A DNA stretch of 64,000 nt, taken from assembly GCA_036396895.1 (NCBI GenBank), contig DASWKB010000004.1, forward strand, positions 8,829 to 72,828, given 5' to 3'. The position numbers were made by a program, and so were the translations under genes. Source of the DNA: a bacterium. Lineage in GTDB: Bacteria; Omnitrophota; Gorgyraeia; Aquiviventales; Aquiviventaceae. Numbering within the stretch: the stretch's first letter is position 1; every line of letters starts with the position of its first letter. The notes beneath the pieces were generated by a model. The model was not told the origin of the DNA. It searched no databases and saw only the letters and a list, made by a program, of their open reading frames with translations. This document shows, piece after piece, positions 56,290 through 64,000 of the stretch.

Positions 56290-57909
56290 ATGGAAGGCAG
56301 GTTCCGTTCCGGACGTATTGTGTCCATTTGCGCGCTTGCGGCTGGCATGTTTCTTTTGCCTGTGAAGCAAGCGCTTCCTCAGGACCATGACAACCAGGCA
56401 CTGCATCCAGTCCGAAGCGTCAACGCTTCGGACATTTTCATTTCCCCTGAGCTCGGGCATGTCGAAGCCGTGCATCAGCCACCCGGAGGGGGCTCAGGAC
56501 AGCTGATTGTGTATTTCCAGGAGCCCCATGCCATCTACGAGGCCCAGCAGAGCCTCGCCACGATGCTGAAGACCCTGGTGAGTGAGCATGGACTCAGGCT
56601 CATCCTCATGGAGGGGGGCGAGGGGCATCTCGGGCTGGCCGAAATGCGCCGGTTCGGCTCCAAAGAAATCCGCTACCAGGTGGCCGGGAAATATCTGAAA
56701 CTCGGTGTGATCAGCGCTCCGGAATACCTTGATATCATCCTGGACGCGCCGCTGTCGCTCTGGGGGGTGGAGGACGAGGCGATCTACAACGAGCAGGCGA
56801 AGGTCTTTCTCGCCGCGGATGAGATCCGAGCTCGAATCGCGCCCACGCTGTCCGATGCGAAGCGGGCCGCTTGGGCGCTGGCGGAGCGGGTGTTCCCGGC
56901 TCCGCTGATCGAGCTTGAACGCGCGGCTGCCGCATTCGATCAAGAATCGATCGCGCTTGAGACATATGCCGGGCTTCTCGAGCGGCTTGCGGGCGACGCT
57001 GGGGTTGGGATGGCGAGGTACCCGCAGGTGCAGGGCCTCATTGCCTTGGCCGCGGGAAGCGAGGCATTCGACGCGCGGGCGGTTCGAACCGACCAGGAGC
57101 GGATCTGGAGCGCGTTGCGCCTCCGCGCCGGCGCCGAGGCGATCAGCGAGCTGTCCGCGCTGGCCTCGAACGACAGCCAGGGCTTCTTCCTCGCGCTGGC
57201 CGAGCGCGCGCAGTCGGCGGGCATCGCCCTGGCGGCGTACCCGGCATTCGAGTCGTATGCCGAGCTGCTTCAGGCTGAAGCCCGGATGGATTCGCGGCGC
57301 TTGTACGCCGAGCTGGACGAGCTCGCCGGGGCGCTCCGGACCGCGCTCGCTTCGACGCCGGAGGCCAGGCACCTGAGCCGCACGATGCGCAGGCTGGAAC
57401 TCGTGGACCGGCTCTCTCGGCAGCAGCTGTCGCCCTCGGAGTTCACGCGATATGCCGATGAGGATGCCCGCGCCGGCATCGCGGGCTGGATGACCTCGCT
57501 GAGCGCCGCGTGGCCGGATCCGGCGGATCAGGCGCGCATGGCGCGGGCGCTCGCGGAGCTCCCGGACGCGTGCCGCGCATTCGAGCGCTTTTACGAGCTG
57601 GCCGCGCGCCGCGACCGGCTCCTCGCCGAACGAACGCTCGCCAAGCTCGCCGAGACCGGCGCGCCGATCGCGGCGCTGGTGACGGGCGGCTATCACACGA
57701 ACCGCATCGTCGCGCGCCTCGCGGAAGGCGGGATGACGGTCATCGTCGTCACGCCGGACGCCGGGGACGCGCAGGACAGCGACCGGCTCTATCGGGCATT
57801 GGTGCACTACAAGCACGGACGCGGGACCCTGAATGACGTCAAGGCCGCGGCGCTCCTGCGCACGGCGGCCGTCACGCAGGAACACGAACCCGGCGGGCTC
57901 AAGCCATGA
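56290..57909 (+). CDS. Hypothetical protein with N-terminal hydrophobic anchor/signal; no family recognised with confidence
   Basis: 539 aa from ATG 56290 (GGGAGG upstream); the listed TTG start is at 56248. IVSICALAAGMFLLP hydrophobic segment. A/L/E/R-rich helical middle. Stop overlaps an in-frame ATG of the downstream giant ORF (ATGA at 57906-57909). Confidence 0.6.
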   Translation: MEGRFRSGRIVSICALAAGMFLLPVKQALPQDHDNQALHPVRSVNASDIFISPELGHVEAVHQPPGGGSGQLIVYFQEPHAIYEAQQSLATMLKTLVSEHGLRLILMEGGEGHLGLAEMRRFGSKEIRYQVAGKYLKLGVISAPEYLDIILDAPLSLWGVEDEAIYNEQAKVFLAADEIRARIAPTLSDAKRAAWALAERVFPAPLIELERAAAAFDQESIALETYAGLLERLAGDAGVGMARYPQVQGLIALAAGSEAFDARAVRTDQERIWSALRLRAGAEAISELSALASNDSQGFFLALAERAQSAGIALAAYPAFESYAELLQAEARMDSRRLYAELDELAGALRTALASTPEARHLSRTMRRLELVDRLSRQQLSPSEFTRYADEDARAGIAGWMTSLSAAWPDPADQARMARALAELPDACRAFERFYELAARRDRLLAERTLAKLAETGAPIAALVTGGYHTNRIVARLAEGGMTVIVVTPDAGDAQDSDRLYRALVHYKHGRGTLNDVKAAALLRTAAVTQEHEPGGLKP

Positions 57910-57932
57910 GCCACGCTCAAGGAGGCTCACTG

Positions 57933-60900
57933 ATGCGACGAATCGCCACCCGCTGGAATCGGCCCGTCTCGTGGATGCTCGCGTGGGTGTTCTGGCTGGG
58001 CCAGGCCGCGCCGGCTGCCGCCCTGGAAGGGTATTTCCAGCAGGGCGCGGCCCGCGCCACACGAGGCGCCGGCGAGGTCATGTCGGAGATCGCCCAGGGG
58101 TGGCGGGAGCGCCTGCCGCAGCTCGAAGCCGCCGCGCTCGTAGGCGCGGCGCGGCTCAGGACCGCGCCGGTCACGACGACGTTTTCCATTTCGCTCGCGC
58201 GCCTGATGCCGCCGGAATCCCAAGACGCCCTCCGGCCTAAGCTCGGCGAGGCGATGGCCAAGCTCCTCGATGCGGGCGCGATCAGCGGATTCCGCATCGA
58301 GCCGCAGGCGGAGCGGATCGCGTTCGAAATCACCAGTTCGGGGGCGCTCAGCCCGGTGGACTGGCGGCGGATCATCGATGGGTTGAGCGCGGCGGTCTCC
58401 GCGCACACGGGCGAATCCGTGGCGAGGCCGGACCTGCCGCTGGATGGCACGCAGGGCAAGACGTTCGTCGCCACGCGGCCCGGCGTCGTGATCAGCAACG
58501 ACTTGCGTGCCGGGATCGACCAAGAGGGCGGCAGCAAGATCGCGGTGGCATTTGAGCTGGGCCGGGCGCTTCGCATCGGCGGGAACGTGCAGGAACTGAC
58601 CTCGCAGACGGGCGATTTGGACCTCCAGGCGCGATCACACGCCGCCTTCGAATTGCTTCGGCGCGCCGCTAGGAGCGCGCACGCCAAGCGGGTCAACGGG
58701 GACGCCAGGCAGGTCAGGCAAGCCGAGGCCATTCGCGAGGGCGGGTGGCTGAGGACCGTTCGGCCCATTGGGACCCGCGTCGTGCTCTCCTATTTGGATG
58801 ACGACCCGGCTATCCTGCGTGATGCGGACGGCGCGTGGGCGCTCATCGGTCTCTCAGGCCGCTTTCGCGGGATCGCACCGGTGCCGGAAGGGCCGGAAGG
58901 CTCGCACTATTTCAAGCTGGCGCTGGTTGAGTGGGCTGTCAGGGCCTACGGGAGCGAAGACGCGGCGCTGCCGTTCCTGAGCGCGCTCATCACGAAGGAA
59001 GCCGAACAGCTCTACCTGCCGACCGCCTGGGTGCAAGAGCAGTACGCGGGACTGGAGCTCCCGGATCCCGTCATCCTGGAGAGCTACATCGAACCGACTT
59101 CGGAGGATCTCGCGCTGCTCAACGAAGGATTTCAGCGGATTGACGGGGCGTACCGAGCGGCTAAGGAGCGAGCGGCTGAGCGCGCCGAGCGGCTCGACCC
59201 CGCGCGCAATGAGGGGCTGCGCTTGTCGAAAGCGCTGGAGGCGGAATACGGCCCCGAGCTCTTCGGCGAGAAGACCGTCGTCGGCGACGACGGCGAGGCC
59301 AGACGGATCAACGTCGAAGACACGCTCGAAGCGTTCACCGAGGATCTGGCCGGTGAGATGGCACAGGCAAAGATGGCGAGCGTGAGGGAGCTGGACGCCC
59401 TGGCCCGCGGGGAAACCGGCCTCAAGCCGAATCTCGAGCGCGAATATCGCGACGTGGACGGCCACGTCATGACCCACCGGAGGATGTTCCTGGGGCTGGT
59501 CGACAATCTCTTCGGGCGCAAGACCAAGGACCGCTGGCGACTGAATGAGGAAACGCCGATCCCGGAGGAGCTGCATCCGCTCAAGCGTCCCGGCCTGGAA
59601 GGCACCGGGCCGTGGGCGAACCTCGGCATGGCGTTCCGCGCGCTCAATGCGAAGACCGCATCCTGGATGCCGGATGCCGAGGATGCCAAGCCGAGGGACG
59701 CGAAATCCGGCGACTTGCTCGGCCCGTACGAGATGGTGCGCAACATCAAGCACATCCTGTCCGGCGAATGGGACGATAAGGAATTCGTCCACCCCGACAC
59801 GGGGAAGCGCTACAAGATCGAGACGCTTAGGAAGGAATGGGCCACGATTTTCCTCCGCGTGCCCGGCCTGCACCTCCGCGAGGACCATGTCTATTACAAC
59901 GGGCGCCGCGTGCCGGGAATGCTCGTCTTCTTTCTCCTGCACGCGCTCAACAACTACCACGAAGACCGCCACATCCAGTTCTATGTGCCGAAAATCGACA
60001 CCCACGCGGAAGCCCTCGTCGTCGGGAAGACTCTCGACCGGCTCGAGAAGACGATGGGCCTCGCGCGCGGCACGATCAAGATCAAGATCCTCAATGAGCG
60101 GGGCATGTTCGTCATGAACCAGATCCCGATCATGCACACGCTCCGCCACTGGCTCATCGGGACCAACGTGGGGCGGTGGGACTACCTGAACAGCATCATC
60201 GAACTGCTGTGGCATAAGAGCAAGCAGGTGGTCTCCGATCCGCACCGGATCACGATGCTGTATCCGAACATGGTGCCGTATCCCCGCCGCAACACGTTCC
60301 TCATGCTCATGGCGAGCCTCAATGACGCGCTCCTGCCGGAGCACGGCGCGGCGATCGGCGGGATGTTCGCGAAAATGAAGCTGACCATCTACCCGAGCGA
60401 TTCACCGGAGGAGCAGGCGCGCAAACGCCGCATCAACCAGCGCGCCTTGCGGGGCGCCTGGCAGGACAAGCTGCAGGAACGGCTGGCCGGGTTGTTCGAA
60501 ATCGTGGATCCCGATACGGGCGACCGCCGGCGGTACGACGTGCTCCGGCAGAGCTGGGTGGCCACGCCGGACGCGGAGTACGTCCTGGCGGGCGAGTATC
60601 CGCTCAAGGGAACGCTGGAAGAGGTCGAACGGCTCATCAACGATGGCGTCGAAGTCTCCTACACGGACCCCGATGACGGCCGGACCTACACGATCTGGCT
60701 CGGCCGGCCGCGGACGGAGCGCGAGGGGGATCTCTCGGACGAGGAGCGGGAGGAGTGGGCCGAATACGACCGCATGATCGCCGCATTCGAAGCCCAAGGC
60801 CTCCTCCGCCTCGAGGGCGGCAGGTACGTTCCCAGCCATTACGTCGTGTCGGCGGAGGACCTGACGCCGGAGGCGTTCTTCTCCGAGGAACGGATCCAGG

Positions 60901-63900
60901 AGCTGTTCGGGTTTCCGGATCGCCCGGTGGTCACGGAAGAGGGGATCATGCGCGGCATCCGGATGGCGTCGGAGTACCTCTTCCAGCTCATGCAGGGCAA
61001 TTTCGCGGCGGCGCTGGAGGATCTGGACGGCACGCGGTTCATGAACGACCTGGCCACCTACGAGATCTTCTGGCACTGGCTCTGGACGCTCGCTCAACGA
61101 GGCGACGTCCAGCTGACGGACGAGCAGGGGAACCCCACAGGCGAGTTCGTCACGCAAGACTACCTGCGCGAGATGCTCCGCCGGCGCTGGGCGGACGTGG
61201 TCGAGTACTACGAAGGGGAGTTCCAGCGGAACTACGGCGCGCGCGGATTCGCGCCGCTGGCGGATGCCGATGTGGAGGCGCGATGGCAACACGTGCTCGG
61301 CTTCTTCGAGTCGCTGCGCGCCGACGGCGTGTCCACCCGCTTCGACATCAACTACGCCCCGCTCACGATGCGCATGCTCGAGCGGCAGCTGTTCAACCCC
61401 GCGTACGTGCAATACGGTTCCCGGCTCATCATGGAGGCCTCGGAGGTCAGCGATGAGGAGCGCGAGGCGGTCTTCGACGCCGTCCTGGGCCGCGAGCCCG
61501 GCGCGGCGCCAGACCGGGGGGAGCTCGTGGCGCGAGTCAAAGCGGCATCGGTGAAAGCGGCCGCCGGCAATGACGCCGAGCTGCGGCTCGCCGTCAAGGC
61601 GCTGGAGGCGCACGATTACGTCTACAACATCTATGCGGAGGGGCTGAGCCAGCCGGTGACGCAGGAGCGGCTGGCCTTCAACAAGCTCAACGAAATCGGG
61701 CTCTCCGTCGAAGCTATGGCGGAGGAAGCCGAGACGGTGGATCAGTTGGTCGCGCTGGTGGGAGAGGATGACGAGCAAGGTCGAGAGATCCGCCCGACGC
61801 GGATGATCTCCCTCCTGGACCGTGCCCGGCACCACCTCGAAGACGTGCGGGACTGGTTCCGCCAGCCGAGGTTCGCGCGGCTGGAGCGGATGCGCAGCCG
61901 GCGATGGCAGGCCTCAGACGTCGTGACCGTGCAGGGGATCGAGCGGCTCCTGGCCGAACATGGGATCACGGAGCAGCACCCCCTGCACAACCTCCTGGCC
62001 CAGAAGCTGTACAACGCGAAGAAATTCGCGCAGCAGAGCCGCGATTTCATCGCGACGGGAGGCGCGATGGACGGCCAGTCCGCGGCACGGCTGGCGGAAG
62101 CGGGGCACGTGGCATACTACTTCAGCGGCTGGCAGGCGTCGCACCATTGGGGTAAGCCGGATCTGGCCAAGTACCCCTTCGATCAGGCGGCCAAGAAGAT
62201 CGCCGAGATCAACAAGTATCTGGCGAACCAGCACCGCAACCAGCGCGTGCTGTTCCTCGACATGTGGAACGAACTCGAAGCCTTGTTCGACGAGATGTAC
62301 GTGGACATCGCGAACACGCCGAGCGCGCGCGAGCGCGCGCGCAAGCAGGAGGCGTGGACGGCGCGGTTTCGCGCGGCCGCCGTCGAGCATGATCAGCACG
62401 GCAAGAAGGCCCGCATGTTCCTCGATGCCGTGCGCGAGGATCCCGACACGTTCATCGGTGGTTTGTTTGACGAGATCGTGTCTCAGGCGTTCACCGAGCT
62501 GCCGGCCACGGGCGTGGCGGCGGACCGGACGCTCAAGCGCCAGGCTTACAAAGCCGCGGCGTATGCCGGCCTGCAGGCGTTCATGGTCGACTACCTCATT
62601 CCGGGGTTCGTCGACGGCGACACCGGCCATGAGTCGTTGTCGGAGATGGTCAGGCTGTTCGTGGAAGCCGGCGCGGGCGCGATTCACCTTGAAGACCAGG
62701 CGCACGGGCTCAAGAAGTGCGGCCACATGGCGGGCAAAGTGCTGGTCTCGGTGAAAAAGCATGTCGAGCGCCTGCTGGAGGCGCGTTACGCGGCGGACAA
62801 GCTCGGCTCGAAGCTCATGATCGTGGCCAGGACGGACGCGCAGGCGGCCAAATTGCTGGAAAGCAACGAAGATCCCCGCGATCACTTCTTCATCCGGGGC
62901 GCCACAAACCGCGCTGTGCCGTCGCTCGCCCGGGTGATTCGGTACAGTCTGCGCGAGGTCGACGCCTACGGCGGCACGCCGGAGAGTCTCGTGAATGACC
63001 TCCAGGCCAATGGGTATGGCGACATGGCCCAGACCATCCGCGCCATCTGGGCGGCGCGGGGGGAAGGCGTAGGCGGTGCATTGCTTGGGCACACGGATCT
63101 GGTGTACTTTACCGAGAGCCGTCCTGGGCTGATGCGGGAAGGACAGCGTGCGGGCGACGTGGGACAGCTGTGGGATCGCGAGATGCAGGTGCGGATCCGC
63201 AGCGGAGAGATCCCCACGTTGCGGCTCGACACCTTGCTGCGGGTGGGCGATCCCGTCGACGGTGAGCTCTTGACGGTCGAGCAGATCATCGCCCGGCAGC
63301 CGAAGCGACCGGAAGAGGTCGTGGAGCTTTCCCACCGGCTGACCGATCAGTGGGCGACACATGCCCAGCTGATCACCTTTGCGCAAGCGGTGCGGGAGGC
63401 GATCGGCGCGGCGGCCTCCCCCTATCAGGGCGAGGCGATGGATCCGGAGGATCCGAAATTCGTCTACGGCAATCCGCTCGGCACGCTGGTCGCCCGCACG
63501 GAGGACGGCGGGGCGGATGTGCCCGCGTGGCTGGCGGCGGATCTGCCATCCTATCAGGCTGCCGGCTTGAAGGGAGTCTATCGTGGCCCTCTGGTTGTCA
63601 ACGGCCGCGCGCTGAATGGCGTGGCGTATGTCGACATGAGCGACGAGGAACTCGATGCGGTCGCGGCGCGCTGGGCGGCGCTCACCGATCCGCTGTACGG
63701 ACCCCAGGTCCCCAGTGCCGGCTATATGAAGCGGCTGGCGGCCTCGGAGTTCGGCATCGAGTTCCACTGGGACATGGACCAGGCCAGGACGTATGAAGGC
63801 TACTATCAGTTGGATTCCGCGTCGAAATACCGGGACCCCGCATCGGGGATCGAGGTCAAGCTGGGCGTCATCAATGCCGCGGTCCGACTTCGGGAGTTTG

Positions 63901-64000
63901 CCGGTGTGGCCGACACGGGGTGGATGGAGCAGGGCACGCCCGATGTCCCGGAAGCGGAGGCGCTGCTCTACTTCGTCAAATCGGATCCCAAGGGACGCGG
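57933..64000 (+). CDS. Giant multidomain protein: unknown N-terminal ~500 aa + malate-synthase-like domain + isocitrate-lyase-like domain; 3' end beyond the window
   Basis: Manual translation from ATG 57933 (AAGGAGG 7 nt upstream) has no in-frame stop through nt 64000 (2,022 codons). MS hallmarks: FYVPKIDTHAEA, GTIKIKILNE, NVGRWDYLNS, FMNDLATYEI. ICL hallmarks: RRWQASDVVTVQG, YYFSGWQAS, DGDTGH, IHLEDQAHGLKKCGHMAGKVLVS, IVARTDA. Confidence 0.8.
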   Translation, partial: MRRIATRWNRPVSWMLAWVFWLGQAAPAAALEGYFQQGAARATRGAGEVMSEIAQGWRERLPQLEAAALVGAARLRTAPVTTTFSISLARLMPPESQDALRPKLGEAMAKLLDAGAISGFRIEPQAERIAFEITSSGALSPVDWRRIIDGLSAAVSAHTGESVARPDLPLDGTQGKTFVATRPGVVISNDLRAGIDQEGGSKIAVAFELGRALRIGGNVQELTSQTGDLDLQARSHAAFELLRRAARSAHAKRVNGDARQVRQAEAIREGGWLRTVRPIGTRVVLSYLDDDPAILRDADGAWALIGLSGRFRGIAPVPEGPEGSHYFKLALVEWAVRAYGSEDAALPFLSALITKEAEQLYLPTAWVQEQYAGLELPDPVILESYIEPTSEDLALLNEGFQRIDGAYRAAKERAAERAERLDPARNEGLRLSKALEAEYGPELFGEKTVVGDDGEARRINVEDTLEAFTEDLAGEMAQAKMASVRELDALARGETGLKPNLEREYRDVDGHVMTHRRMFLGLVDNLFGRKTKDRWRLNEETPIPEELHPLKRPGLEGTGPWANLGMAFRALNAKTASWMPDAEDAKPRDAKSGDLLGPYEMVRNIKHILSGEWDDKEFVHPDTGKRYKIETLRKEWATIFLRVPGLHLREDHVYYNGRRVPGMLVFFLLHALNNYHEDRHIQFYVPKIDTHAEALVVGKTLDRLEKTMGLARGTIKIKILNERGMFVMNQIPIMHTLRHWLIGTNVGRWDYLNSIIELLWHKSKQVVSDPHRITMLYPNMVPYPRRNTFLMLMASLNDALLPEHGAAIGGMFAKMKLTIYPSDSPEEQARKRRINQRALRGAWQDKLQERLAGLFEIVDPDTGDRRRYDVLRQSWVATPDAEYVLAGEYPLKGTLEEVERLINDGVEVSYTDPDDGRTYTIWLGRPRTEREGDLSDEEREEWAEYDRMIAAFEAQGLLRLEGGRYVPSHYVVSAEDLTPEAFFSEERIQELFGFPDRPVVTEEGIMRGIRMASEYLFQLMQGNFAAALEDLDGTRFMNDLATYEIFWHWLWTLAQRGDVQLTDEQGNPTGEFVTQDYLREMLRRRWADVVEYYEGEFQRNYGARGFAPLADADVEARWQHVLGFFESLRADGVSTRFDINYAPLTMRMLERQLFNPAYVQYGSRLIMEASEVSDEEREAVFDAVLGREPGAAPDRGELVARVKAASVKAAAGNDAELRLAVKALEAHDYVYNIYAEGLSQPVTQERLAFNKLNEIGLSVEAMAEEAETVDQLVALVGEDDEQGREIRPTRMISLLDRARHHLEDVRDWFRQPRFARLERMRSRRWQASDVVTVQGIERLLAEHGITEQHPLHNLLAQKLYNAKKFAQQSRDFIATGGAMDGQSAARLAEAGHVAYYFSGWQASHHWGKPDLAKYPFDQAAKKIAEINKYLANQHRNQRVLFLDMWNELEALFDEMYVDIANTPSARERARKQEAWTARFRAAAVEHDQHGKKARMFLDAVREDPDTFIGGLFDEIVSQAFTELPATGVAADRTLKRQAYKAAAYAGLQAFMVDYLIPGFVDGDTGHESLSEMVRLFVEAGAGAIHLEDQAHGLKKCGHMAGKVLVSVKKHVERLLEARYAADKLGSKLMIVARTDAQAAKLLESNEDPRDHFFIRGATNRAVPSLARVIRYSLREVDAYGGTPESLVNDLQANGYGDMAQTIRAIWAARGEGVGGALLGHTDLVYFTESRPGLMREGQRAGDVGQLWDREMQVRIRSGEIPTLRLDTLLRVGDPVDGELLTVEQIIARQPKRPEEVVELSHRLTDQWATHAQLITFAQAVREAIGAAASPYQGEAMDPEDPKFVYGNPLGTLVARTEDGGADVPAWLAADLPSYQAAGLKGVYRGPLVVNGRALNGVAYVDMSDEELDAVAARWAALTDPLYGPQVPSAGYMKRLAASEFGIEFHWDMDQARTYEGYYQLDSASKYRDPASGIEVKLGVINAAVRLREFAGVADTGWMEQGTPDVPEAEALLYFVKSDPKGR

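Noticed and set aside
58854-63767. Three long minus-strand ORFs (496, 477 and 617 aa) at the right end
   Set aside because: They are shadow frames of the plus-strand giant ORF, with R/H/P/D/E-rich translations and no motifs. The plus frame carries the malate synthase and isocitrate lyase signatures.

Overview
High-GC (about 68%) bacterial chromosome segment spanning the replication-origin neighbourhood. Every gene from about 5.5 kb to 42.26 kb is on the minus strand, including glycogen genes, a sulfur-assimilation cluster, thrS-infC-rpmI-rplT-pheS-pheT, three tRNAs, coaC/coaB, rpoZ, gmk, parB-parA and yidC-yidD-rnpA-rpmH. Every gene from dnaA (42.38 kb) onward is on the plus strand: dnaA-dnaN-DUF721-gyrB-gyrA, tRNA-Glu, nagA, glmS, rsmI, lpxA. 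Most of the window is housekeeping. Six things stand out. (1) A plus-strand ORF of more than 2,022 codons runs off the right edge and is absent from the supplied ORF track. It fuses a malate-synthase-like and an isocitrate-lyase-like domain behind about 500 aa of unknown sequence, and is coupled to an unknown 539-aa ORF. (2) At least seven families of inverted repeats, whose arms are runs of tandem 6-7-nt words, sit in intergenic gaps, even inside pheS|pheT, coaC|coaB and between tRNAs. Two of them bracket about 0.5-kb cassettes. (3) A RAYT (Y1/HUH) transposase gene is flanked by perfect 46-nt palindromes. (4) A truncated, structurally remodelled tRNA-Glu copy abuts a GIY-YIG nuclease ORF just upstream of the intact tRNA-Glu. 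(5) A protein-thiocarboxylate sulfur cluster (MoeB, MoaD-like GG carrier, JAMM, CysM, ThrC-like, two TusA-like proteins, Sat, ABC importer) includes a stand-alone NIL-domain protein that also ends in Gly-Gly. (6) pheT is split across two frames at a GC-rich palindrome. No rRNA or CRISPR array was seen. All family assignments come from motif recognition by eye, not from database searches.
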